This document shows positions 1 through 9,627 of a DNA stretch of 64,000 nt, piece after piece; the stretch's first letter is position 1; each line of letters begins with the position of its first letter. The stretch lies in the sequence record PQ553088. One strand, written 5' to 3'. The position numbers were made by a program, and so were the translations under genes. This DNA is from Escherichia phage OES_C-1. The notes beneath the pieces were generated by a model. It searched no databases and was not told where the DNA came from. It saw only the letters and a list, made by a program, of their open reading frames with translations.

Positions 1-813
1 CTTGTTGCTATATTAACTAGTGGAAAGGTTAATTTTCCTCCTGAAGTGGTATCTTGGTTAAGGGGAGCAGGAACTTCAGTTTTTCCATCAGATTCCGTAT
101 TGTCAAGATTTGACGTATCATATGCTGCTTTTTATACTTCTTCTAAAAGAGCTATTGCATTAGAGCATGTTAAACTAAGTAATAGAAAAAGCACAGATGA
201 TTATCAAACTATTTTAGATGTTGTATTTGATAGTTTAGAAGACGTCGGAGCTACGGGATTTCCTAAAAGAACATACGAAAGCGTTGAGCAATTTATGTCT
301 GCGGTTGGAGGAACTAATAATGAAATTGCGCGATTGCCAACTTCAGCTGCTATAAGTAAACTTTCTGACTACAATTTAATTCCTGGTGATGTTCTTTATC
401 TTAAAGCACAACTATATGCTGATGCTGATTTACTTGATCTTGGAACTACAAATATATCCATTCGTTTTTATGATGCATCAAATGGATATATTTCTTCAAC
501 ACAGGCTGAGTTTACTGGACAAGCTGGATCTTGGGAATTAAAGGAAGATTATGTAGTTGTTCCTGAAAATGCAGTCGGATTTACTATATATGCGCAGAGA
601 ACTGCTCAAGCTGGTCAAGGCGGAATGAGGAATTTAAGCTTTTCTGAAGTATCAAGAAATGGCGGCATTTCAAAACCTGCCGAATTTGGCGTCAACGGTA
701 TTCGTGTTAATTATGTCTGTGAATCGGCTTCACCTCCAGATATAATGGTACTTCCTACACAAGCCTCTTCTAAAACTGGCAAAGTGTTTGGACAGGAATT
801 TAGAGAAGTTTAA
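1..813 (+). CDS. 35: long tail fibre hinge protein gp35, C-terminal part (5' end outside window)
   Basis: Frame 1 is open from nt 1 to the stop at 811-813; the track starts at GTG 46 only because there is no upstream stop. Sits immediately upstream of gp36/gp37 in conserved T-even order. Confidence 0.55.
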   Translation, partial: LVAILTSGKVNFPPEVVSWLRGAGTSVFPSDSVLSRFDVSYAAFYTSSKRAIALEHVKLSNRKSTDDYQTILDVVFDSLEDVGATGFPKRTYESVEQFMSAVGGTNNEIARLPTSAAISKLSDYNLIPGDVLYLKAQLYADADLLDLGTTNISIRFYDASNGYISSTQAEFTGQAGSWELKEDYVVVPENAVGFTIYAQRTAQAGQGGMRNLSFSEVSRNGGISKPAEFGVNGIRVNYVCESASPPDIMVLPTQASSKTGKVFGQEFREV

Positions 814-818
814 ACTGA

Positions 819-842
819 GGGAGCCTTCGGGTTCCCTTTTTC
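819..842 (+). terminator. UUCG-tetraloop hairpin plus T-run after gene 35
   Basis: gggagcc-ttcg-ggttccc stem-loop followed by tttttcttt. Confidence 0.55.
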
Positions 843-845
843 TTT

Positions 846-853
846 ATAAATAA
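846..853 (+). promoter_or_regulatory. T4-type late promoter box TATAAATA upstream of gene 36
   Basis: Exact tataaata about 22 nt upstream of the gene 36 ATG at 876. Confidence 0.5.
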
Positions 854-875
854 TATTAAAATAAAGGGGCATATA

Positions 876-1526
876 ATGGCTGATTTAAAAGTAGGTTCAA
901 CTGTGGGTGGATCTGTCATTTGGCATCAAGGAAATTTTCCATTGAATTCAGCCGGTGACGATGTACTCTACAAATCATTTAAAATATATTCAGAATATAA
1001 TAAACCGCAGGCAGCTGATAACGATTTCGTTTCTAAAGCTAATGGTGGTACTTACGCCGGTCCAATTACTATTAATTACGGGGTAAATAGTTATCTTCAA
1101 TTAAGTAATAATGAAACCCCTATCCGAATTCGTTCTGGTGGCGGCACTGGTAATACTCTTGTAGTTGGTGGCTCTTCTGGCGGTATTAGTTTTAGACCTG
1201 CAGGTAGTGAAATCACTACTGGACAAATTACTATTACGCCAGAAGGTTTGACAACATTTACCAGGGCTGTAAAGGCTCCATCTGTAACTGTTACATCTAC
1301 TCCTTCCGCAGCATCAGATGCTACTCGTAAAGATTATGTTGATGGAGCAATAAATACTGTTACAGCAAATGCAAACTCTAGAGTGTTACGATCTGGTGAC
1401 ACTATGACAGGTAATTTAACAGCACCAAACCTTTTTTCACAGAATCCTGCATCTCAACCTTCACACGTTCCACGATTTGACCAAATCGTAATTAAGGATT
1501 CTGTTCAAGATTTCGGCTATTATTAA
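876..1526 (+). CDS. 36: long tail fibre protein gp36
   Basis: 216-aa ORF starting MADLKVGST, Gly/Ser/Thr-rich fibre-like composition, immediately upstream of gp37. Confidence 0.8.
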   Translation: MADLKVGSTVGGSVIWHQGNFPLNSAGDDVLYKSFKIYSEYNKPQAADNDFVSKANGGTYAGPITINYGVNSYLQLSNNETPIRIRSGGGTGNTLVVGGSSGGISFRPAGSEITTGQITITPEGLTTFTRAVKAPSVTVTSTPSAASDATRKDYVDGAINTVTANANSRVLRSGDTMTGNLTAPNLFSQNPASQPSHVPRFDQIVIKDSVQDFGYY

Positions 1527-1534
1527 GAGGACTT

Positions 1535-4500
1535 ATGGCTACTTTAAAACAAATACAATTTAAAAGAAGCAAAACTGCAGGTCAACTTCCTGCTGCTTCA
1601 GTATTAGCCGAAGGTGAATTGGCTATAAACTTAAAAGATAAAACAATTTTCACAAAAGATGACTCAGGCAATGTTATAGAATTAGGTTTAAAATATGGAG
1701 GAACAATTGATGGTTCTTTAACTGTTAATGGAAATATAATTGGAAATTTAACAGGTAACGCTGCAACTGCAACGAAATTAAAAACAGCACGAAAAATTAA
1801 TGGTATATCTTTTGATGGGTCAAAGGACATTACCTTAACTCCATCTGACATAAATGTCAATAGCACAACATTTATAAAAAATAATGGCGAATTACCTACT
1901 GATGCTAATTTAGATACGTATGGGCCCATTGAAGAATATCTTGGTGTTTGGTCGAAATCTACTTCAACAAATGCGCAACCAGCAAATAAATTCCCAGAAG
2001 AAAATGCCGTAGGTGTACTAGAAGTGTTTGTGGCCGGCCAATTTGCTGGCACTCAGCGTTATACTGTAAGATCTGGTAACGTCTATATTCGTTCCTTATC
2101 TGCTAAATGGAATGGCGTCGATGGTCCATGGGGTGTGTGGCGTAATGTTCAAGCGTCAACTCGTCCACTTTCACAAACGATTGACCTTGATAGTTTGGGA
2201 GAATTAGAACATTGTGGCTTATGGCGAAACAGTTCAAGCGCAATCGCATCGTTTGACCGTCATTATCCAGAAGAAGGAACAGCCGCACAAGGATTTTTGG
2301 AAATTTTTGAGGGTGGTTTATACGCAAGAACTCAACGTTATACAACTAGATTTGGTGTTGTTTATACTCGCTGTCTTGCTGCTGCATGGGATGCATCTGC
2401 GCCTAAATGGGGACCGTGGCAACAAGTCGGTAATGTCACACCGGCGACTTTCTATGACGGAGACCTGAATGATTTTAAAGCTCCTGGGTTATATAACATT
2501 TTAGGCACTGACGCAGTTACTAACCGTCCAGTTGCAGAAGGCGTTCCGGTTGAGATGACCGCATTGCTTGAGGTTAAACAACGTGCTTCCGGTGGCGCTA
2601 TTTTCCAACGTTTCACTACCGCAGGAACGGGATCTACTACTCGCGGACGTATTTTTGAGCGTGCATATACTAATGGTGTTTGGGGTACATGGAACGAAGT
2701 ATACACATCTTATTCTCTACCAATTACTTTGGGTATGGGTGGTATTAAATCTAACTTAGCAGAGTTAGACTGGCAAACATTTGATTTTGTTCCTGGTAGT
2801 ATGTTTAGCGTTCCTTTGAACAAAATAAAGAACATGCCAGCAAATATGGATTGGGGGACGATTGATGGAAACTTGGTTATGTTTTCTGTCGGTCCTAGCG
2901 AACATACTAGCACAGGGCGTACTGTTCAGGTTTGGCGTGGTACTGTATCCCAGACAAACTATCGTTATTTTGTCGTTCGTGTATTCGGTAATTCAGGAAA
3001 TAGAACTTGCACAGTTCGTCGCGTTGTTCTTGAAGATGGTCGCCACAAATGGACAGCGCAGCAAGATTTTAATGGCGCAGTTAACTTCGGTGCTCCTACC
3101 AATTTTAACTCTACTGTTAACCTTAATAACACTACCACTTTTAAAACAGAAGTTAAATTTCGCTCATCTAATGCATTCCGTATGTATGGCGGAAAATTTG
3201 GTACAATTTTCCGTAATGATGGAGAGAGTCTTTATATTCTTTCTACCGACGAAGATGACCAAGATGGAAACTTTAATACAAATAGACCTTTCCGTTATGA
3301 ATTAAGAACTGGCGATGTTACTTTAGGTGGTGCTAGTGGTGCTAACGTTTTAAAATTAGAACGTGATTCTCTCACCGCATTTTTTGGTGGTGATATTAAC
3401 ATGAAAGGCTTGATGACTTTTGACGCCGGACGTTTAGGATCACGAGATTATTTTAAATTTAACCATTGGGGTGATAGTAATAATGCTCGTGATAACATCA
3501 TCCAGTTAGAAGATAGTCAAGGCGCTCATTTTTCCACTGAACGTACTTTAGCGACAGGTGCAATTAAAACTCGTTTCTTTGGCGAAACATTCACTGATGG
3601 TACATTATACCTAAATCAGATGAATAATAGCTCTGAACGATTCTCTATTAATAATTGGGGAAATTCAGAAGTTGGTCGCGCGGCAGTGATGGAAGTCAGT
3701 GATTCCAAAGGTTATCACTTCTATACGGAACGCAGGACAGATAACAGTTTGAATTTTGATGTTGCTGGCGCTTTTACCGTGCATGGATCTAGCGGGATCA
3801 CTATCAAAAACTCTGCTGGCGCTCGCCACATCTGGTTTAAAGATGATAGCGAATCGGAAAAGGCTGTTATCTGGGCTACAGATGAGGGTATTTTACATAT
3901 ACGAAATAATTATGGGGGTTCATTTAGTCATCACTTCCAGGGTGCAATGATTCTAGCGGGAGAGCGTGTTCCATATAATGGTGAATACGCTCTTATCCGT
4001 GGTAATATTTCAGGTGGTGCATGGGTAGACTGGCGAGAGCGTCCGGCTGGATTGTTGGTAGACTGTCAGGACTCACGAAATCAAGCATATAACATTTGGA
4101 AAGCTACTCATTGGGGCGAACAGCACCTTGCGGCGATGGGTGTTCATGCTGGCGGTGGTAATCCTCATGTTGTATTGCATGTGGGTGGGAATGATTATGC
4201 ATTTGCATCTAACGGTGATTTTACTGCTGGTGCTGCTGTATATTGTAACGACGTTTATACTCGTTCTGACCGTCGTCTGAAAATTAATGTTGAAGACTAC
4301 GAAGAGAATGCGGTGGATAAGGTAAATAAACTCAAAGTTAAAACCTATGATAAAGTTAAATCTCTTTCTGACCGCGAAGTTATCGGCCATGAGATTGGTA
4401 TTATCGCACAGGATTTGCAAGAAGTATTACAGGAAGCTGTTAGCACTTCTAGTGTCGGATCTCAGGATAACCCAGAAGAAATTTTAACAATTTCAAACTC

Positions 4501-4618
4501 TGCTGTGAACGCGCTTTTAATTAAGGCCATTCAGGAAATGAGTGAAGAAATTAAAGAATTGAAAACGCCTCTCTTTACTAAAATTGCTCGCAAAATTAGT
4601 AAATATTTTAAATTCTAA
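1535..4618 (+). CDS. 37: large distal long tail fibre subunit gp37
   Basis: 1027-aa ORF with repeated fibre motifs and His-rich HxH segments near the C-terminus, followed by a coiled, Lys/Glu-rich C-terminal tail resembling an intramolecular chaperone domain. Confidence 0.9.
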   Translation: MATLKQIQFKRSKTAGQLPAASVLAEGELAINLKDKTIFTKDDSGNVIELGLKYGGTIDGSLTVNGNIIGNLTGNAATATKLKTARKINGISFDGSKDITLTPSDINVNSTTFIKNNGELPTDANLDTYGPIEEYLGVWSKSTSTNAQPANKFPEENAVGVLEVFVAGQFAGTQRYTVRSGNVYIRSLSAKWNGVDGPWGVWRNVQASTRPLSQTIDLDSLGELEHCGLWRNSSSAIASFDRHYPEEGTAAQGFLEIFEGGLYARTQRYTTRFGVVYTRCLAAAWDASAPKWGPWQQVGNVTPATFYDGDLNDFKAPGLYNILGTDAVTNRPVAEGVPVEMTALLEVKQRASGGAIFQRFTTAGTGSTTRGRIFERAYTNGVWGTWNEVYTSYSLPITLGMGGIKSNLAELDWQTFDFVPGSMFSVPLNKIKNMPANMDWGTIDGNLVMFSVGPSEHTSTGRTVQVWRGTVSQTNYRYFVVRVFGNSGNRTCTVRRVVLEDGRHKWTAQQDFNGAVNFGAPTNFNSTVNLNNTTTFKTEVKFRSSNAFRMYGGKFGTIFRNDGESLYILSTDEDDQDGNFNTNRPFRYELRTGDVTLGGASGANVLKLERDSLTAFFGGDINMKGLMTFDAGRLGSRDYFKFNHWGDSNNARDNIIQLEDSQGAHFSTERTLATGAIKTRFFGETFTDGTLYLNQMNNSSERFSINNWGNSEVGRAAVMEVSDSKGYHFYTERRTDNSLNFDVAGAFTVHGSSGITIKNSAGARHIWFKDDSESEKAVIWATDEGILHIRNNYGGSFSHHFQGAMILAGERVPYNGEYALIRGNISGGAWVDWRERPAGLLVDCQDSRNQAYNIWKATHWGEQHLAAMGVHAGGGNPHVVLHVGGNDYAFASNGDFTAGAAVYCNDVYTRSDRRLKINVEDYEENAVDKVNKLKVKTYDKVKSLSDREVIGHEIGIIAQDLQEVLQEAVSTSSVGSQDNPEEILTISNSAVNALLIKAIQEMSEEIKELKTPLFTKIARKISKYFKF

Positions 4619-4624
4619 CAACAA

Positions 4625-4639
4625 GGGGGAAATGCCCCC
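4625..4639 (+). terminator. GC hairpin after gene 37 (weak terminator-like)
   Basis: ggggg-aaatg-ccccc then ttt; T-run is short. Confidence 0.3.
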
Positions 4640-4654
4640 TTTGGAGTATAAATT

Positions 4655-5437
4655 ATGGCAGTAGTTGGAGTTCCTGGCTGGATTGGAAGTTCAGCCGTAA
4701 ATGAAACGGGTCAGCGCTGGATGAGTCAAGCAGCTGGTCAATTAAGATTGGGTGTTCCTTGCTGGATGAGTCAATTTGCAGGTCGCTCAAGAGAAATTAT
4801 TCATACACTTGGAGCAGACCATAACTTCAATGGTCAATGGTTCCGAGATAGATGTTTTGAGGCAGGTAGTACACCTATAGTGTTTAATATCACTGGAGAT
4901 TTAGTATCATATTCTAAAGATGTTCCTTTATTCTTCATGTATGGAGATACACCAAATGAATATGTTCAGTTAAATATACATGGCGTAACGATGTATGGTC
5001 GTGGAGGTAATGGCGGTAGCAATAGTCCTGGCTCAGCTGGAGGTCATTGTATTCAAAACGATATTGGTGGGAGACTAAGAATTAATAATGGCGGAGCTAT
5101 TGCTGGCGGTGGCGGTGGCGGTGGCGGCGGATATTATTCTCCTTTTTCACAAATGAGATTGACCTTTGGCGGTGGTGGCGGTCGTCCGTTTGGCGCGCCG
5201 GGCGGATCTATTGATATGCAATCAGGAGCAACTGCTGGTACTATTTCTGCACCAGGCTCAGGGTCTGTGAACGGTATCTATAGCGGCGGGTCTGGTGGTG
5301 AAGTTGGCTCCGCAGGAGGTAGATGTAATATTCGTGGTCAAGGATATGAATACGATGGCGGTGCTGCTGGTTATGCCGTCATAGGGTCTACACCGACATG
5401 GCAAAACGTTGGAGCAATATATGGTCCAAGAGTATAA
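4655..5437 (+). CDS. 38: tail-fibre tip adhesin gp38, T2-type with glycine-rich motifs
   Basis: 260-aa ORF starting [12 protein letters not shown] with multiple poly-Gly blocks ([24 protein letters not shown]) separating short variable segments; unlike the 183-aa T4 gp38 chaperone. Confidence 0.85.
   Translation: MAVVGVPGWIGSSAVNETGQRWMSQAAGQLRLGVPCWMSQFAGRSREIIHTLGADHNFNGQWFRDRCFEAGSTPIVFNITGDLVSYSKDVPLFFMYGDTPNEYVQLNIHGVTMYGRGGNGGSNSPGSAGGHCIQNDIGGRLRINNGGAIAGGGGGGGGGYYSPFSQMRLTFGGGGGRPFGAPGGSIDMQSGATAGTISAPGSGSVNGIYSGGSGGEVGSAGGRCNIRGQGYEYDGGAAGYAVIGSTPTWQNVGAIYGPRV
5105..5131 (+). repeat. (GGY)9 triplet repeat encoding poly-glycine inside gene 38
   Basis: ggcggtggcggtggcggtggcggcgga read directly. 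Confidence 0.7.
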
Positions 5438-5442
5438 TTTGA

Positions 5443-5450
5443 ATAAATAT
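5443..5450 (+). promoter_or_regulatory. possible late promoter variant (AATAAATA) upstream of t
   Basis: One mismatch to TATAAATA, about 18 nt upstream of the ATG with AAAGGAGGG RBS in between. Confidence 0.25.
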
Positions 5451-5467
5451 CCTTAAAAGGAGGGTCT

Positions 5468-6124
5468 ATGGCAGCACCTAGAATATCATTTTCGCCCTCT
5501 GATATTCTGTTGGGTGTTCTAGATCGCTTGTTCAAAGATAACGCTACCGGGAATGTTCTTGCTTCCCGGGTAGCTGTCGTAATTCTTTTATTTATGATGG
5601 CGATTGTTTGGTATAGGGGAGATAGTTTCTTTGAGTACTATAAGCAATCAAAGTATGAAACATACAGTGAAATTATTGAAAAGGAAAGAAATGCACGCTT
5701 TGAATCTGTCGCCCTGGAACAACTCCAGATAGTTCATATATCATCTGAGGCAGACTTTAGTGCGGTGTATTCTTTCCGCCCTAAAAACTTAAACTATTTT
5801 GTTGATATTATAGCATATGAAGGAAAATTACCTTCAACAATAAGCGAAAAATCACTTGGAGGATATCCTGTTGATAAAACTATGGATGAATATACAGTTC
5901 ATTTAAATGGACGTCATTATTATTCCGACTCAAAATTTGCTTTTTTGCCAACTAAAAAGCCTACTCCCGAAATAAATTACATGTACAGTTGTCCATATTT
6001 TAATTTGGATAATATCTATGCTGGAACAATAACCATGTACTGGTATAGAAATGATCATATAAGTAATGACCGCCTTGAATCAATATGTGCTCAGGCGGCC
6101 AGAATATTAGGAAGGGCTAAATAA
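5468..6124 (+). CDS. t: holin t
   Basis: 218-aa ORF starting MAAPRISFSPSDILLGVLDRLFKD with one N-proximal TM segment and a large C-terminal domain; position after gene 38. Confidence 0.9.
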   Translation: MAAPRISFSPSDILLGVLDRLFKDNATGNVLASRVAVVILLFMMAIVWYRGDSFFEYYKQSKYETYSEIIEKERNARFESVALEQLQIVHISSEADFSAVYSFRPKNLNYFVDIIAYEGKLPSTISEKSLGGYPVDKTMDEYTVHLNGRHYYSDSKFAFLPTKKPTPEINYMYSCPYFNLDNIYAGTITMYWYRNDHISNDRLESICAQAARILGRAK

Positions 6125-6397
6125 TTATTTGTTCGTATACATCTCTAGATATCGATATACACCCTCAAAACCCTCGTTGAATTCGTCGATGAGGGTTTTC
6201 TTATCTTCTTGAGTTAATTCAGAAACAATTTTACGGAATGAATTCTGATTTAACTTTCTACCTTCATGCGTTACTCCAATCTCATTCAGAAATGCAATAA
6301 AATTAGCACGATTCTCAACAATATCTTCTCTGGAAAATTTAATCAAAATAGACGCAACAGTAATAATTTCACGAACTGTATCAATGTTTTTATTCAT
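6125..6397 (-). CDS. asiA: anti-sigma70 factor AsiA
   Basis: 90-aa ORF starting MNKNIDTVREIITVASILIKFSRED; convergent with t as in T4. Confidence 0.9.
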   Translation of the reverse strand: MNKNIDTVREIITVASILIKFSREDIVENRANFIAFLNEIGVTHEGRKLNQNSFRKIVSELTQEDKKTLIDEFNEGFEGVYRYLEMYTNK

Positions 6398-6429
6398 TAA
6401 CTATACCACTCAATTAGTTGACTTTATTA

Positions 6430-6458
6430 TAATATCATCAGACACTTGATTTGTAAAC
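6430..6458 (-). promoter_or_regulatory. T4-type early promoter for asiA
   Basis: Minus strand reads GTTTAC, 18 nt, TATTAT upstream of the asiA start. Confidence 0.45.
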
Positions 6459-6558
6459 TGGTCTGTGTTATTTTCTTCAAAAATTTTTTCTACGAATTCC
6501 TTGAACGACTCACGTTCCTGAGCTACATTATGCTCGATTACCTTTTCAAGATTATGAC

Positions 6559-6837
6559 TCATTCGAAATAATCTTCAATTTCGTAATCATGGACGTAAAA
6601 CATTATAGTTTTTAATACATCATCAATACTTTTTCCTGGAGCTGGAATTACGTAAAAATAACCCGCCTTTGAGTTATCTTTATAAGTTCCAACCAAGAAA
6701 TCATTATTCTTAAGATGTAGTTCTTCAACTAATTCATTGACAATTGAGTGGTATAAATTTGGTAGAAACTTATATAGCTTTTCTAGAATATCAATTTTGA
6801 TTGTGTATTGAACCACAGATTGAGAATCAATAATCAT
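6559..6837 (-). CDS. arn: anti-restriction nuclease Arn (McrBC inhibitor)
   Basis: 92-aa acidic ORF in the asiA-motA interval; size and position as T4 arn. Confidence 0.6.
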   Translation of the reverse strand: MIIDSQSVVQYTIKIDILEKLYKFLPNLYHSIVNELVEELHLKNNDFLVGTYKDNSKAGYFYVIPAPGKSIDDVLKTIMFYVHDYEIEDYFE

Positions 6838-6920
6838 AGACCTTCCCCTTATGTTTCTGTTTGCGATTAGATTCTTTAAACGCTTTCTTCTTATCCTTAT
6901 GAACAGAAGCTTTATTAAAA

Positions 6921-7139
6921 TTATGTTTTGCGACTAAATTGTTCATAGTGCTGAATTACCTCTCTTAAACATTTGCATGTGAATGAAAACTTTTTAGCTA
7001 CACCACATTCAAATATATGTTCTCTTAAATCACGCGTGTCAGTATATCCCATCTCAACGATAAAATGCCGTATTAGATTTTTATCTTTATCATTGAGAGA
7101 ATTAAAATAATCGGATTTTGAATTAATTTCCCTGGCCAA
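6921..7139 (-). CDS. hypothetical protein (arn.x-like)
   Basis: 72-aa ORF co-oriented and tightly packed in the arn-motA cluster. Confidence 0.5.
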   Translation of the reverse strand: MAREINSKSDYFNSLNDKDKNLIRHFIVEMGYTDTRDLREHIFECGVAKKFSFTCKCLREVIQHYEQFSRKT

Positions 7140-7419
7140 ATTGAATCACCTTCAGTTGACGTTTTAGCTCTTTTATCATTTCTTCGTTCATCGCAATATA
7201 AAGATCACGTAAAGCAGGTTTTAGCATTCCATTTATTGGGGAACTAAATGGACATACATAATCTTTTCCTACGAGCTTTTTAGTGAATTCCATATTACAG
7301 AACTGAAATGCCGGCTCATTGGCATAAATTCCCCATTTGGTTGACATCATTTTATTGGCATATTCCAATGCTTGAATTTGATTAGTAATTCCATCAATTT
7401 GAAACTTTTTAATATTCAT
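7123..7419 (-). CDS. hypothetical protein
   Basis: 98-aa ORF; start overlaps the upstream stop. Confidence 0.5.
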   Translation of the reverse strand: MNIKKFQIDGITNQIQALEYANKMMSTKWGIYANEPAFQFCNMEFTKKLVGKDYVCPFSSPINGMLKPALRDLYIAMNEEMIKELKRQLKVIQFGQGN

Positions 7420-7886
7420 TAGTAAAGGTCCTCAGAGTAAAGTTCTTTTTCACTACCACCACGTTCAATACGCACTTGTCCAGCGTAAGTTGCAATAATC
7501 ATTGCTTCTTCACGTGTCCAGTAATTGCTATACTGGTCAATAAATCCTTGGTCTTCACCACAAACATGGTCTGATACAAGTTTATCACTTACCTGGTCAA
7601 GAACTTCAGCCATATCTTTAGAATAATGACGAGCACCAGGAATAACCAGAGTCCCACCATCTTTTAACTTAAAGCGGTTGGCTGCACACACAATTCGACG
7701 TTGATATTTTTCATTATTGTTCCAATGAGCTACTTGCCAACAGATTTCAGGAACCTCTTCTAAAACATCCTCTTCCGTATATTCGGTGTAGTCGCCATAG
7801 GCCTGTAATTTAGCTGCTAGACTTTCTGGAGTTTCACGTAATAAAGCCAGGTCTAATAATTCAAGACGCTCTTTGAAGGTTTTCAT
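7419..7886 (-). CDS. hypothetical acidic protein
   Basis: 155-aa ORF; ATGA overlap with the upstream small ORF. Confidence 0.5.
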   Translation of the reverse strand: MKTFKERLELLDLALLRETPESLAAKLQAYGDYTEYTEEDVLEEVPEICWQVAHWNNNEKYQRRIVCAANRFKLKDGGTLVIPGARHYSKDMAEVLDQVSDKLVSDHVCGEDQGFIDQYSNYWTREEAMIIATYAGQVRIERGGSEKELYSEDLY

Positions 7887-8038
7887 TTGGTTTCCTCAAC
7901 ACTTTTAATTTTTATAGCTTGTTTAGAACTTTCAAAGCATTGACAATATACTCTTACCGCATCAAACTGGTTGGCCGCTTTAAGATGGACTACACCTTCG
8001 CCGTTATAAAATTCTACGACAATTTTAAATGTTTTCAT
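7883..8038 (-). CDS. small hypothetical protein (51 aa, below track cutoff)
   Basis: Hand-translated [51 protein letters not shown]; ATGA overlaps at both ends with neighbouring ORFs. Confidence 0.35.
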   Translation of the reverse strand: MKTFKIVVEFYNGEGVVHLKAANQFDAVRVYCQCFESSKQAIKIKSVEETK

Positions 8039-8364
8039 TTAAACCATCCTTTAATACGTTGCCATAAAGTTTTCTGTTGAGCTTTGTTAACACCAATTGA
8101 ACGAATAACTGGTTGAGATTCCTGAAATTCTTTATAATCAGCAAGGTAAATTTCGTAAGCTGCATCCGTAAATGAACTTATCGCTGCCATAAAATTATTG
8201 CGAATACCTACTGGAGCATCTTTACTTTCACGAATAATCATGTATTTACTAGTCTTAATCTTTACGATAGTTCCAAGATAAGCTCCATGGTACCAGATGT
8301 CCCAACCCTCTTGAGTAGGTTCTACACAACGACGAAGTTCATTGACAATTTCTAACTTGTTCAT
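8035..8364 (-). CDS. hypothetical protein
   Basis: 109-aa ORF directly upstream of motA. Confidence 0.5.
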   Translation of the reverse strand: MNKLEIVNELRRCVEPTQEGWDIWYHGAYLGTIVKIKTSKYMIIRESKDAPVGIRNNFMAAISSFTDAAYEIYLADYKEFQESQPVIRSIGVNKAQQKTLWQRIKGWFK

Positions 8365-8374
8365 TATTTATTCC

Positions 8375-9010
8375 TCACAGTTCAGATGCTACAGTGATTA
8401 CAGCTTCAATGTTTTCTGCCGAGCGTTTAATGTCAAGATACACATTACCGTTTTTAGCGATTTTACATGACATTCCGATATCAGTAAATTTCTGAATATG
8501 ATGTTCCATCATTTTGTATCCAAAAATTCGCATATTTCCATTGTTATTAATTTCAAAATTACGAATTCCGTGAGTGCGTTTTTCTAAAATAGCAAGATAG
8601 TTACTGCGGTAAGTTTCAACCTTTTTAAGAACAAATCCATTTTCATCTAAAAGTTTTAGCATAAGGTCTTTATCTTCTTCCATATCAGAAGTAATTTCGC
8701 GAGCTTTACGAGTTGCTCGTTTTTTCAGCAGTTCCGGAGCGTTTTCCTGTGCGTATAAAGTTGCTGCATTTGAAATAATATCCTGAGCTTCACCAGTAAT
8801 GATTAATCCATCACCAGATTTCTCCACCAGGCCTTTTTTAATCAATACCCCAATATTACTATTAACTACTGCGTTACCTAAATCTGGATGCACCTCACGA
8901 ACTTCTGCGGCTGTAATGAAATCTTTCTTAGCAATGGTAATTAAAATCGCAGCAGTTTTTTCATTCAGAACATCGTTAGAAGCTTTGATGATGTAAGTTA
9001 CTTTAGACAT
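8375..9010 (-). CDS. motA: middle-transcription activator MotA
   Basis: 211-aa ORF starting MSKVTYIIKASNDVLNEKTAAILITIAKKDF; size and position as T4 MotA. Confidence 0.9.
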   Translation of the reverse strand: MSKVTYIIKASNDVLNEKTAAILITIAKKDFITAAEVREVHPDLGNAVVNSNIGVLIKKGLVEKSGDGLIITGEAQDIISNAATLYAQENAPELLKKRATRKAREITSDMEEDKDLMLKLLDENGFVLKKVETYRSNYLAILEKRTHGIRNFEINNNGNMRIFGYKMMEHHIQKFTDIGMSCKIAKNGNVYLDIKRSAENIEAVITVASEL

Positions 9011-9045
9011 TTTAATCTCCGTTTCAGTTCATTTATTTGATAGAT

Positions 9046-9076
9046 CTATAGTATCATGTTTAAAGCAGAAGTAAAC
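9046..9076 (-). promoter_or_regulatory. T4-type early promoter for motA
   Basis: Minus strand reads GTTTAC, 17-18 nt, TACTAT, then a leader with GGAG RBS. Confidence 0.45.
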
Positions 9077-9115
9077 ACTTTTTTGCACTCTTTTTCAAGA
9101 GCTCTAATAAAGTAC

Positions 9116-9343
9116 TTACTTAATGTTCAGATTACGAACTTCGATTTCGTCTTCATGGGCAAAATCAAACTGTTTGAATTCTGTGTCACCTTTAAATTTA
9201 AAAATCATTGTGAAGAAAGTCAGAACACCAGGTTTTTCTTCACGAACTCCACAGATATCATATTCAATACCATCTACAACCAGTTTGTTAGCAGTCAGAG
9301 CATTTTTAGCTTTAACGATTTCGTTTTCGATTTTAAATTTCAT
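9116..9343 (-). CDS. hypothetical protein
   Basis: 75-aa ORF with its own early promoter and a leader almost identical to the motA leader. Confidence 0.5.
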   Translation of the reverse strand: MKFKIENEIVKAKNALTANKLVVDGIEYDICGVREEKPGVLTFFTMIFKFKGDTEFKQFDFAHEDEIEVRNLNIK

Positions 9344-9391
9344 TTTTGTATCTCCGGGTTGTTTGTTTCAGTTCATTTATTTGATAGTTGT

Positions 9392-9421
9392 ATAGTACCA
9401 CAGTATGCTTTGGTTGTAAAC
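9392..9421 (-). promoter_or_regulatory. T4-type early promoter
   Basis: Minus strand reads GTTTAC, about 17 nt, GGTACTATA. Confidence 0.45.
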
Positions 9422-9452
9422 CGTTTTGTGAAAAAATTTTTGAAATAAAAAA

Positions 9453-9472
9453 GGGAGAGCCGAGGCTCTCCC
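9453..9472 (-). terminator. GC-rich hairpin plus T-run (minus strand) after the gene 52 operon
   Basis: gggagagcc/ggctctccc stem; minus strand continues TTTTTTATTT. Confidence 0.5.
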
Positions 9473-9477
9473 TAAAA

Positions 9478-9627
9478 TTACTGCATGACTGTGATAACTG
9501 TCATGATAACACGTTGAATTCCGAACGCAAGAAGACCTCCTGCTACGGCAGGAACAACACCTAAACCCGCCAGTAAAATGCCACCAGATACTAATGCAGC
9601 GCTTGTGATACCAATGAATGGACTCAT
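9478..9627 (-). CDS. small hydrophobic membrane peptide (49 aa, below track cutoff)
   Basis: Hand-translated MSPFIGITSAALVSGGILLAGLGVVPAVAGG...; ATGA overlap with the gene 52 stop. Confidence 0.35.
   Translation of the reverse strand: MSPFIGITSAALVSGGILLAGLGVVPAVAGGLLAFGIQRVIMTVITVMQ

Noticed and set aside
1582-4420. Minus-strand ORFs inside gene 37 (1582..2052, 2103..2345, 2452..2706, 2710..2913, 4073..4420) and similar antisense ORFs inside rIIB, rIIA, 39, 41, 43 and 46.
   Set aside because: They are embedded antisense to long, motif-rich genes, lack ribosome-binding sites and break the one-strand operon organisation; treated as shadow ORFs.
4642-4649. TATAAATT box upstream of gene 38 as a late promoter.
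   Set aside because: It lies only 6 nt before the ATG, so a transcript starting downstream of it would lack the RBS and start codon; it also deviates from TATAAATA.
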